Positions 40,888 through 50,193 of a DNA stretch of 64,000 nucleotides are shown here, one piece after another (positions within the stretch are counted from its first letter, which is position 1; every line of letters begins with the position of its first letter). This DNA is from Candidatus Hodarchaeota archaeon (GTDB taxonomy: Archaea > Asgardarchaeota > Lokiarchaeia > Sigyniarchaeales > SOKP01). Below the pieces are notes generated by a model, which had not been told where the DNA came from, made no database searches, and saw only the letters and a program-made list of their open reading frames with translations. The DNA is taken from NCBI GenBank assembly GCA_048886685.1, contig JBHLKM010000012.1, forward strand, positions 81,676 through 145,675, in the 5' to 3' direction. Position numbers and translations under genes: made by a program.

Positions 40888-41670
40888 ATGATTGTGGCTG
40901 GATGTGATGTTGGTTCTTTAACTGGTAAAAGCGTTATCTTAAGTGATGGTGAAATTTTGTCTTATAGTATCGTCCCAACAACACCAAAACCGGAAAAAAC
41001 TGCTTTAAATGCTATGAATGAGGCTCTTGAGAAGGGTAGTCTAACATTAGATGATATTGATTATATTGTTGGAACGGGTTATGGGAGAGTGAAAATACCT
41101 TTTGCAAATTTTGAAATATCTGAATTAACGTGCCATGGTAAAGGAGCTCATTCCTTTATTCCGTCAATTAGAACAATAATAGATGTTGGTGGACAAGATT
41201 GCAAAGTAATAAAAGTAGATCCAAAGGGAAAAATCCTTGATTTTGCAATGAATGATAAATGTGCAGCTGGAACAGGGAGATTTTTAGAAGTTATGGCTAA
41301 AACTCTTGAATTAAGCCTTGATGATTTAGGATATATATCACTAGAATCAAAAAAACAGGCTAAAATTACAGCTCAATGTAGTGTGTTTGCTGAAACAGAA
41401 GTAGTAAGTCTGATGGCAGATGGAGTAGAAGTTGCTGATATAGTGGCTGGAATACATGATGCTATCGCTTCTAGAATTATGTCTCTTGTATACAGAGTTG
41501 GTCTCGAAGAAGAGTTAACAATTACTGGAGGAGTAGCAAAAAATATTGGTGTAGTTACTTATCTTGAGAAAAGATTGGGTGTAAAAGCTAAAAAGTTGCC
41601 AGTCGATCCACAAATAATTGGAGCCTTAGGAGCTGCTCTAATAGCAAAAGAAAAACTAAAATCCCAATAA
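40888..41670 (+). CDS. ATP-dependent dehydratase activator (HgdC/BadF-BadG/BcrA-BcrD ASKHA ATPase)
   Basis: GCDVGSLTGK, TGYGR, DVGGQD, MNDKCAAGTGRFLE, CSVFAETE, GGVAKN, GALGAA. Confidence 0.93.
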   Translation: MIVAGCDVGSLTGKSVILSDGEILSYSIVPTTPKPEKTALNAMNEALEKGSLTLDDIDYIVGTGYGRVKIPFANFEISELTCHGKGAHSFIPSIRTIIDVGGQDCKVIKVDPKGKILDFAMNDKCAAGTGRFLEVMAKTLELSLDDLGYISLESKKQAKITAQCSVFAETEVVSLMADGVEVADIVAGIHDAIASRIMSLVYRVGLEEELTITGGVAKNIGVVTYLEKRLGVKAKKLPVDPQIIGALGAALIAKEKLKSQ

Positions 41671-41673
41671 TTC

Positions 41674-41724
41674 TTTTTTTTATATTTTTATTTTACTCTA
41701 TAAAAAATAAAATAATAAAAAAAA
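41674..41724. terminator. bidirectional oligo-T terminator region between convergent genes
   Basis: T8 at 41674-41681 after the + gene, and A8 at 41717-41724 (T8 on the - strand) after the - gene. Confidence 0.5.
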
Positions 41725-41737
41725 TTGTTTAAACTTA

Positions 41738-42979
41738 TTACATAGCTTTCTTTATCAATTCTGAGAGATCAAGCGCTTGAATTTCGTTATTTTCAATATT
41801 ATTTTTAAATTGATTTAGACAGAAAGGGCAACAAGAAACGATAGCTTCAGCTGTTGTTTCTTTTGCTTCCTCTATTCTTTCTTTTGCAGCAAAAGCCGAT
41901 AAATCCTTAAATGATGATCTCACACCACCACCCGAACCGCAACACCAAGCATTATGTCTATTTCGTGTCATCTCTATCAATTCAATACCAGGAATTCCTT
42001 GTAAAACGTCTCTGGGTGCTTTATAGACCCCCATATGGCGTCCAATATGACAAGGATCATGATATGTTATTTTCATATTTATTTCTTTATTAAAATTGAT
42101 TTCGCTATTTTTTAATTTGCTCCTTATAAATTCGGGTAAATGTTTAACCTCAATTCCATGAGTCAATCTAAATTTATTTGGATAAGTATCTTTCAATGTT
42201 CGATAACAGCCTGCGCATGATGTAATTATTTGTTCAATTCCAGCTTCTCTAAAATTAGTAATATTCTGTTCAGCTAATTCTTTAGCTTTTTCTACCTGAC
42301 CTGTCATATAAACAGGAGAACCACAACATCCTTCCTTATCTAGGATTCTAAAATCAATATTGAGAGAGTTCAATATTTCTGCAGTAGATATAGCAACATT
42401 TTGTTCTCTGTAGCTTGATGTACAACCAACAAAATATGCTAATTTCGCATCTGATGATTGTTTAATATGTGATGGTAGCCAATTTAATCGATCTTCATGC
42501 TTTTCCATATAAGGATTTTTCTCATTCATTATATGTTCAGTATATTGAGTTTGCTCAAGCATTGGTCCATATCCCGCCTTAACAGCTTCCTCTCTCATTG
42601 CCATTAACCATTCACCGGCATAAGTGTGGATTTCAGGTATCTGACATTGTTGTACGCATGCCATACATACAGAACATTGATAAAAAATCTTGGCTAAATC
42701 TTCATTCCATTTGAGTTTATCTGTAGTTATTGCCCAAGTTAATAGATTTTTTCCACCAAGGTAATATGCCTCAAATCCTCCGAATTCTCCAGAGGGGCAA
42801 ACTCGAGACCAGTAAGCGTCTTTATAAACTGTCCTACAGGTTCCACACTTACCACACTGAAAAAAAGTGTCTTTATAATGTGTTAAATCTTGATATCTTT
42901 CAAGCTTCTGATTTTCATGAGCTAAAGTTATTTTAGAAATACCCTTTCCTGGTAAATATCTTACTCTTCTCTTAGACAT
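41738..42979 (-). CDS. Fe-S oxidoreductase with CCG domains (GlcF/HdrD-like), copy 2
   Basis: Close paralog of 33837..35093 with the same Cys motifs. Confidence 0.9.
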   Translation of the reverse strand: MSKRRVRYLPGKGISKITLAHENQKLERYQDLTHYKDTFFQCGKCGTCRTVYKDAYWSRVCPSGEFGGFEAYYLGGKNLLTWAITTDKLKWNEDLAKIFYQCSVCMACVQQCQIPEIHTYAGEWLMAMREEAVKAGYGPMLEQTQYTEHIMNEKNPYMEKHEDRLNWLPSHIKQSSDAKLAYFVGCTSSYREQNVAISTAEILNSLNIDFRILDKEGCCGSPVYMTGQVEKAKELAEQNITNFREAGIEQIITSCAGCYRTLKDTYPNKFRLTHGIEVKHLPEFIRSKLKNSEINFNKEINMKITYHDPCHIGRHMGVYKAPRDVLQGIPGIELIEMTRNRHNAWCCGSGGGVRSSFKDLSAFAAKERIEEAKETTAEAIVSCCPFCLNQFKNNIENNEIQALDLSELIKKAM

Positions 42980-42980
42980 T

Positions 42981-44414
42981 TTAATCTTCTCCTCTTCCTT
43001 GTCCTGGATTCATTATCCCATTCGGATCAAGGAGCCGTCTAATTTTTTCAATCAATTCACTTGTTGCGGGAAAAATTTTTTCTTTATGCGTTTTATACGC
43101 CCATTTTGGTGATTTATACATTATAGCGCCATCTACTTGCTGAACTTCATCGTGAATTTCTTTTAAAAGATTTCGTGCTATCTCAATATCATTAGGGTCA
43201 TTCTTATTGAAATTAATATTTGTACGTGCAACACAATAATGCCCACCAAACATTATTCTGCTATAAAATTGTGGAGGTTTATTATGTTTTAAACAGATTT
43301 CCCTTGCTAAATTATAATAATTCACAATATCTCTTGTTGAGCAGTAAGAACCAATCCATTCACCGCCACCTCCTCTTGAAAAATTCCAACAACCCCAAAC
43401 CTGAGTCGGAGGTGCATCTATAGCTTCTACACCTTGTTCTCTCGACATAAGCTGTATATTTCCTTTTTTACAAATATCTATAATCGCTTCACACTGAGCT
43501 TCATGTTGTTTAGCAGTATATGCCTGGGTTGCAATGATACATACAAAATCAGGCATACCCCCTTTTATGGCATCTTTAGGTACATTTTTCTCATTTAAAT
43601 TTTGAACTGATTGGCTCCATCCAAGATTAACTACAACTATATCAGTAATTCCAAGGCCAGCTTTCGCAAGTTTAAGCATTACAGGAATTCCAACATCCAT
43701 CCTAAGAGTTGCTCCCGTAAAAACCTCATTGAACGGTAATCTTGGCCATAATTTAATAGCAGCTTTAGTTACGATCCCGGTTGTACCTTCCCAACCTATA
43801 AATAATCCTGCTAGATCTGGTAATGGTTGCCTACCATACCATTTATTAGAAATGCTACAAGAACCTATTTTCACAAGTTCTCCCGATCCTAGTACTGCTT
43901 CTAAGCCGTTTAGAAACTCAGCACCAGACCCACCAATCATACCTAAATCAAACATCCCATAACATAGGCATGATGGAACGACTCCTGTACCTGGAGGTGA
44001 CCATGTAACTCCCGCTCTTAGATCAGGATGTTTTTTTTCGAGATAACCGATTAGATCTGCCCAGGTTATTCCTCCTTCAACCACTGCATACATATCATCT
44101 TCGTTTACTTCCAATACCCGGTTTAATCTTCTTAAATCTACAACAATTCCTCCTTTTCTAGGAGTAGCAAGAGAGCCAAAATTTATACCAGAGACCCATG
44201 GCACTATAGGAATTTTATATTTATTCGCAGTTTTGACAATTTCCTGGACTTCCTCTGCAGAATTTGGCATAATTACTATGTCGCATTTTCCTTCTGGCTC
44301 AGCTGTTATAAAATCGTAATGATATAGAAATTGCATTTCAGGTTTATCCGAAACATACTTTTCCCCAACAATTCCTGCTAATTCTATAATAATTTCGTTA
44401 TCTATCATTTTCAT
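42981..44414 (-). CDS. FAD-binding oxidoreductase (VAO/GlcD family), copy 2
   Basis: Close paralog of 35077..36498. Confidence 0.9.
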   Translation of the reverse strand: MKMIDNEIIIELAGIVGEKYVSDKPEMQFLYHYDFITAEPEGKCDIVIMPNSAEEVQEIVKTANKYKIPIVPWVSGINFGSLATPRKGGIVVDLRRLNRVLEVNEDDMYAVVEGGITWADLIGYLEKKHPDLRAGVTWSPPGTGVVPSCLCYGMFDLGMIGGSGAEFLNGLEAVLGSGELVKIGSCSISNKWYGRQPLPDLAGLFIGWEGTTGIVTKAAIKLWPRLPFNEVFTGATLRMDVGIPVMLKLAKAGLGITDIVVVNLGWSQSVQNLNEKNVPKDAIKGGMPDFVCIIATQAYTAKQHEAQCEAIIDICKKGNIQLMSREQGVEAIDAPPTQVWGCWNFSRGGGGEWIGSYCSTRDIVNYYNLAREICLKHNKPPQFYSRIMFGGHYCVARTNINFNKNDPNDIEIARNLLKEIHDEVQQVDGAIMYKSPKWAYKTHKEKIFPATSELIEKIRRLLDPNGIMNPGQGRGED

Positions 44415-44449
44415 CGACCTTATAAATTATAGTAAATCTTTAATACTAT

Positions 44450-45541
44450 TTATAGATTAATTGGAAATTTTCCAAACTTTTTACATGTATGAATAAAAGT
44501 ATTGATATTTTTTTCTGGAGTACCAGGTGCGAGGTCACATGCAGGGCTAGCAATATATTTTCCATTCTCTCCTACTTCTGAAAGGCAATCTTTAGTGATT
44601 TTTTCAACTTCTTGGGGTGTTCCTCTTAATAAACTAGTAGTAGACACATTACCTGCTACAACTATGAATTTTTTTCCAATGGTCTCAAATGTTTTCTTTA
44701 GATCTACATCATCTACACTTATAATCAGAGTTTTTGGAATTTTAATCCATTGTTCTATTATCGGTTGAGTGTAACCACATATATGGATAAAAATTCCCAT
44801 AGTATTTAATTTGAGGTTAATCTTCTTTAAATAAGGAACACAAAACTCTTTAAAAAATTCTGGAGAAATAACCGTTGAAGATGCCGTAGGTTCCGCGATG
44901 CCAATAGAATCCAAACCATTTTCAATTTGGGCATTACCAAATTCAATACAAATTTCAGATACTTTTTTCAATAATTTATGTACTAGGCTAGGTGACTTTT
45001 TCATCCCTCTCATCAAATTTTCAATTCCTACTACATTCGATGCAGCTGTGAGAGGACCCTCGATAACACCACTATAAATGAAACCCTTATTACTATATTT
45101 TTTCTGATATAATTTTGCACAATCTAAAATAACGGGCATTCGACCATCTTTTTTAGGATCTGGGATTTCTAATTCATCAACAGCACTCAAGGAATTTATT
45201 GCAGGTTCGTTAGGCATAGGTAAGACTTCCTTTTCATAATATAGCTTAGCTCCAAAAGATTCTGAAATAATATTCAAATCTACTAAACATGATAACAATT
45301 CCACCTTAAAGCGATAATGAATATCAACTTGCGATTTAATTAAATGATTTGCATTTGACACTATTTCCTTAGCAAAAATCCCCGTTTTCTTAAAATATTC
45401 ATTTACACTATATCCACCTGCTAATAATAATATAGGAACTGTAGATCCAGGAGTTCCAATTAACCCTTTTGCGTATTCCTCTGATACCCCATACTTTTTT
45501 AACCCTTCTACAATTAAACTCATTTGATATCCTCTTTTCAA
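44450..45541 (-). CDS. UroD-family methylcobalamin:acceptor methyltransferase (MtaA/CmuA-like MT2)
   Basis: PDPKKDGRMP, GPLTAA, AEPTAS, Zn ligands HICG and PACD. Confidence 0.88.
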   Translation of the reverse strand: MKRGYQMSLIVEGLKKYGVSEEYAKGLIGTPGSTVPILLLAGGYSVNEYFKKTGIFAKEIVSNANHLIKSQVDIHYRFKVELLSCLVDLNIISESFGAKLYYEKEVLPMPNEPAINSLSAVDELEIPDPKKDGRMPVILDCAKLYQKKYSNKGFIYSGVIEGPLTAASNVVGIENLMRGMKKSPSLVHKLLKKVSEICIEFGNAQIENGLDSIGIAEPTASSTVISPEFFKEFCVPYLKKINLKLNTMGIFIHICGYTQPIIEQWIKIPKTLIISVDDVDLKKTFETIGKKFIVVAGNVSTTSLLRGTPQEVEKITKDCLSEVGENGKYIASPACDLAPGTPEKNINTFIHTCKKFGKFPINL

Positions 45542-45546
45542 ATATT

Positions 45547-46185
45547 TTATTGTTTTGAAAAATCTTCATTTAAAGTATTAACTGCTTCAACTGCATCTTT
45601 ACAATAGAAATCAGCCCCAATTTCTTCCTTGAATTCAGGGTTGGTGGTTGCGCCCCCAATCATTACCTTTACTTTATCCTTAATTCCTTTTTCTTTAAGC
45701 TTTTCTACTATTAAACGCATTTCATCTAAAGTTGGAGACATCAATGTTGATAAACATAAAATTTGTGCTTTAGACTCTTCAATCGTTTCTATAAATTTAT
45801 TGGAATGGACATTTCTCCCAAGGTCAATCACATTATATCCAGAAATAGAAAGAAATGTAGATACAATATTTTTACCAATTTCGTGAATATCACCTTTTAC
45901 AACCCCAATTACGACTGTTGGTTTAATTTTTTCTTTAGTTTCTTTTAAATGAGGAGTGAAAATTTGGAATGCTACATTAAGAGCATCAGCAGATAAGATT
46001 ATTTCTGGAATGAAATATTCATGATTTTCATATAATTTTCCAACTTTTTTCATCCCACTTAAAAGAGCAGAAAAGATCGCATCTTGAATATTCAAATTCT
46101 TTTTAACAATTTCTTGAGCAATTTGCTTAGCATTTTCTTCATTTCCCTCTATAACTGAATCTTCTAATTCTTTTAATAAATCCAT
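45547..46185 (-). CDS. corrinoid (B12-binding) protein, MtaC/MttC-like
   Basis: GDIHEIGKNIV (DxHxxG), DLGRNV, STLM, MIGGA. Confidence 0.92.
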   Translation of the reverse strand: MDLLKELEDSVIEGNEENAKQIAQEIVKKNLNIQDAIFSALLSGMKKVGKLYENHEYFIPEIILSADALNVAFQIFTPHLKETKEKIKPTVVIGVVKGDIHEIGKNIVSTFLSISGYNVIDLGRNVHSNKFIETIEESKAQILCLSTLMSPTLDEMRLIVEKLKEKGIKDKVKVMIGGATTNPEFKEEIGADFYCKDAVEAVNTLNEDFSKQ

Positions 46186-46287
46186 TTTGCTAATGCTAAA
46201 CTTCTATTATTTTTATTGACCTTATAAATTATATTACATCTTTTATATTATTTATAGACCAATTATATTTTCAAAATAATTAATAGA

Positions 46288-47397
46288 ATGCCTGAAAACT
46301 TGGTAAAACTAATAAAAGTATTTGGAGCAGCTCTAGATGCAACAGATTTCCCACTTAGTCTTCAGATTAAACAAAAATATCTAAATCAATTGGCTCAAAA
46401 TCTCATAATAAATCCTAATTTTTTAGATCCCTACGAAGGATTACTTATGTTTAGTACTGTGTTGTCAAAAGATAAATATGTTAAAATGGGAAAATTTCAT
46501 ATTGAATCCTGGTTGACTCCTAAACCAAATCTTGAAGATTTACCTTCAATAAATCAACTAGAATTTCAAAAATTTACCAGTAAAGGGGCTATTAGAACAT
46601 ATTCAGAGAAACTCGAGAATTACTTGAAAAATAATATATTACCAGATTTTCCTTTAATGATCGGAGTAGATCATTCTCTAACTGGGGGAGTCTTAAAGGC
46701 GTTATCTAACGAATTTGGACCAGAAGATTTACTAATCCTTATTTTTGATGCCCATTTTGACGGATTACCTGCTAACATTTCATTGAACATAGCAAAATAT
46801 ATGAATGAACACCCTGAAGAGACAAATCCATTGATTTCAGAACATATTAATACTGTTAATGAAAATTTAAATATTGTAGATACATATACATGTGCTTCTT
46901 TTTTATTTTATTTATTGAAAGAAAAGGTTATAATACCTGAAAACCTGATAATTTTTGGGTGTCAGGATTATCCAAACGAAAAATTTCGATCATTAGATGA
47001 CCCAAGAATTATAGAATTCGTCGAATTTTATAATGAAATGGAGCAGAACGGTGTAAAATTTATACCAGTATCTGGCACGTCAACAATGATCAGAAATTTG
47101 TCAACAATCTTAAAAGAGACTGAAAAATCAAAATTGTATATTTCTTTTGATACAGATGTAGGTGCGTTAAGAGAAATAATTGCAACTCGGTTTAGAAATG
47201 CTATTGGAATCGATCAAATGACTATAATAAATACAGCTAAGACTATAAAGAATTTATTAAACTCAAAAAAGATTGACTTAATAGGGTTAGATATAATGGA
47301 GATTGAAACCCATTTACTTAATCGAGTTTTTCCTAAATCAGGGAGAACAGATCAAACCATTAAGGTTATTGATAGCTTTTTAGACGTTTTTATATAA
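46288..47397 (+). CDS. divergent arginase/ureohydrolase family protein
   Basis: GVDHSLT, FDAHFD, SFDTDV, GLDIMEI. Confidence 0.8.
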   Translation: MPENLVKLIKVFGAALDATDFPLSLQIKQKYLNQLAQNLIINPNFLDPYEGLLMFSTVLSKDKYVKMGKFHIESWLTPKPNLEDLPSINQLEFQKFTSKGAIRTYSEKLENYLKNNILPDFPLMIGVDHSLTGGVLKALSNEFGPEDLLILIFDAHFDGLPANISLNIAKYMNEHPEETNPLISEHINTVNENLNIVDTYTCASFLFYLLKEKVIIPENLIIFGCQDYPNEKFRSLDDPRIIEFVEFYNEMEQNGVKFIPVSGTSTMIRNLSTILKETEKSKLYISFDTDVGALREIIATRFRNAIGIDQMTIINTAKTIKNLLNSKKIDLIGLDIMEIETHLLNRVFPKSGRTDQTIKVIDSFLDVFI

Positions 47398-47403
47398 ATT
47401 ATT

Positions 47404-48147
47404 TTATGGCAGGATATCTCTGTTTTCCCCAATTGGGCATGATTCAATACAAATATTACACTCTACTACAGTATAATCAGAAAGATTCATTTTATGAGTT
47501 TCCAAATAAATATAGCATTTCTCCTTAATATATTTACCATTAATAAACGCATTTGCTGGACATGCTTCTATGCAGATATTGCATCCCTCACAATACTTAC
47601 TTTCTCTTATGGGTTCCCCACAAATAAGTGGAGCTGTTGTAGCTAAGGCTCTTAATCTTATTTGAGAACCAAACCGATCTGTAATCAATAGGTTGTTTTT
47701 TCCAATTGGTCCTACTCCTGCTAATGCAGCTGCTTCCTTTAGAAATAAACCTGGACTATAAGGGATAACACGAGAATTAAAATTTTTCTTTAAAAGATAT
47801 CTGCGAATTCGATGACAAAATTGTTCAACAACAGCGTCTGCAAATTGATAACTCCATACAGATTCTCCCTCTTTATGACTCCAGGCATCAAGTATAATAT
47901 CATATAAGTGAAAACCAATAATGATTACTGTTTTTGGGTTATCAATAAAGCTATCAGGACGATTTTTTTCTGGATAATGCTCAAATAATAGCGGATTGGC
48001 AAATCCTACAATATCCACACCTATCTTATTACAATATTCTTTAACTTCTCTGGTTAGTTGGTGATCTCTCTCCATAGTAATAATGATTTTCTCAAATTTA
48101 TTATCTGAAAACAAGAATTTATGACAAAAAAAGTCTAGTATCAGCAT
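47404..48147 (-). CDS. epoxyqueuosine reductase (QueG)-like cobalamin/4Fe-4S protein
   Basis: GVDIVGFA, KEAAALAGVG.IGKNNL, GSQIRL, CEGCNICIEACP, CNICIESCP. Confidence 0.8.
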   Translation of the reverse strand: MLILDFFCHKFLFSDNKFEKIIITMERDHQLTREVKEYCNKIGVDIVGFANPLLFEHYPEKNRPDSFIDNPKTVIIIGFHLYDIILDAWSHKEGESVWSYQFADAVVEQFCHRIRRYLLKKNFNSRVIPYSPGLFLKEAAALAGVGPIGKNNLLITDRFGSQIRLRALATTAPLICGEPIRESKYCEGCNICIEACPANAFINGKYIKEKCYIYLETHKMNLSDYTVVECNICIESCPIGENRDILP

Positions 48148-48438
48148 CTAAAGTAAATAAAATGTATTCACTTCTTTGATAATCCAATCTAAATATTAAA
48201 AAAGTGAAGAAAATGGTAAAATTAGACAAAAACAGTTAATCCGCATTCTTTATTTGAATATCCATATATTTATTTTGGAATCCAAATTTTATAGTTTAAT
48301 ATTATTATAAAATATTATTAAGGTTGATTTATACAAGATTTGTAATAGATATCAATCATCATAATAATGAAATATTAATTGTTAAAATCCAAAAATCTAG
48401 CTTTAGCTTTAAATTAGGATAATAAAAATAAAAAAAGG

Positions 48439-48987
48439 TTGAGGAGATTAAAGATTTACGATGCTACTTATAAAGTGGTTATATTCGGAGATGCTGGATG
48501 CGGTAAAACCACCTTGACTCAAAGATTCCTTACTAATTTATTTAGATCGGATACAAAAATGACTATCGGAGTAGATTTTGAAGTAAAGAGTTTGGAAATT
48601 AACGGAAAGAAAGTAAAGCTTCAGATTTGGGATTTTGGCGGCGAAGAACGGTTCAGGTTTCTGTTACCTACATATGTAAGAGGAGCTAATGGTGCTCTCT
48701 TTATGTATGACGTAACAAATTATTCATCTTTAGCCCATATTGATGATTGGTTACTTGTCGTTCGAAAGGAGATTAAATCGGAACAAGACACGTTTCCAAT
48801 TATAGTCGTTGGTGGTAAAGCAGATCTTTTAGATGACAGGGAAGTGACTGGTGAGGAGGGTATCAATATTGCAAAATCAAGAGGAGTAGATGGATTCATC
48901 GAATGTAGTTCAAAATCAGGTGAAAATGTCGAAGAAACTTTCGATGCTTTGACTCGATTAATGATGCAAAGATCAAAATTGCTTTAA
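48439..48987 (+). CDS. Rab/Ras-like small GTPase (switch II DFGGE)
   Basis: GDAGCGKTT, TIGVDF, KLQIWDFGGEERFR, GKAD, CSSKSG. Confidence 0.95.
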   Translation: MRRLKIYDATYKVVIFGDAGCGKTTLTQRFLTNLFRSDTKMTIGVDFEVKSLEINGKKVKLQIWDFGGEERFRFLLPTYVRGANGALFMYDVTNYSSLAHIDDWLLVVRKEIKSEQDTFPIIVVGGKADLLDDREVTGEEGINIAKSRGVDGFIECSSKSGENVEETFDALTRLMMQRSKLL

Positions 48988-49014
48988 GAAAAATAAATTA
49001 AAAAGTAAAAAAGT

Positions 49015-49953
49015 TTACAAATCTAGCTTTTCACTTTCTAAAGCTTCTTTTTGCTTAAGTCTTAAAGTTTTTCTTCGGTTGGATACCATTATCTGAAAAT
49101 CTAAATCCTTCTTATAATCACTAGCGTATTTTAAAATATTTTCAATGGTATTTTCTTCCCTCATTTCACCCATAATGTAGATCCCATTAAACATAGGTAT
49201 CTCAGAATACTTTCCCACCAATATTTCTATCATATCTTCAGGTAAAACATCAGATCTGTCTTTAATTGCTACAATCATCAATTCTTCAAGTTTACCATAC
49301 ATTTGTCGTTTACTAAATTGGCAAAGTACACATTTCGAGCTCCGGTTTTTGAATATATTCAAAATAATTAACCCTACTAAAAATTTGAAATTTCTTATCA
49401 GAATCTCTTTGTCGCTACTATGAAATTTTGCGCTATATTGTTCAACAAACACTTCAGCCTTGAAATACAAATCAGCAAAGTATAATGCTCTTTCAAAATA
49501 AGCGGGAACAATACAAAATATTCTAGTGAACCAGAACGGTTTGATCCCTTTTGGGGGGTCTTCGTAGAAAATATAATAAACTATTCTACCATCTCTTTCC
49601 TTATAGAGAGTAGATTCTTTTTTTAACATATTTAAATAGGTCGAAATGGTTGATCGAGCGATTTCTTTAAAATATTTTTTATATTCTTGTTCAACTTCTC
49701 CAGTTGTTATCTTTTTTTTCCCTTCTAAATAGAACTTTAAAATTATTCCTAAAATTCTATTTTCATGAAGCCTTCCCGTTTTAATTTGCTGTTCTTCCGA
49801 TTCATCTTCCCTAATTTGATACAAATATGCTATTTCGGGGGCAAACTCTTGGATTACTTTATCAATTATTAAAAGCTCAGAATCCTCGATCTGAATACTT
49901 TCGAGTTTATCTATTTTAATATCAAAATCTTCTATTTTAGAATTTTCTGACAA
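49015..49953 (-). CDS. winged-helix domain protein, possible regulator
   Basis: ITTGEVE...IARSTISTYLNMLKKE..L.KERDGRIVYY; also a CVLC motif. Confidence 0.65.
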   Translation of the reverse strand: MSENSKIEDFDIKIDKLESIQIEDSELLIIDKVIQEFAPEIAYLYQIREDESEEQQIKTGRLHENRILGIILKFYLEGKKKITTGEVEQEYKKYFKEIARSTISTYLNMLKKESTLYKERDGRIVYYIFYEDPPKGIKPFWFTRIFCIVPAYFERALYFADLYFKAEVFVEQYSAKFHSSDKEILIRNFKFLVGLIILNIFKNRSSKCVLCQFSKRQMYGKLEELMIVAIKDRSDVLPEDMIEILVGKYSEIPMFNGIYIMGEMREENTIENILKYASDYKKDLDFQIMVSNRRKTLRLKQKEALESEKLDL

Positions 49954-50193
49954 GTTGAGATTACTCTTTTTTGTTATTATATTTTTATCTATTAATCATT
50001 ATTAAAAAAAATAATACTTCTTAATAATAATTTATGTTCGTCTAAATTAGAACATCGGTTATTTATTTATATTTCGATGATAATCATCTATATTTTGATA
50101 TATAATGAAAGATATATTTTATACATCTCCTTATAACGACTTAATATTTCTCTTACATTTCAATTAATAATATATTAACCCACCAATATTTCA

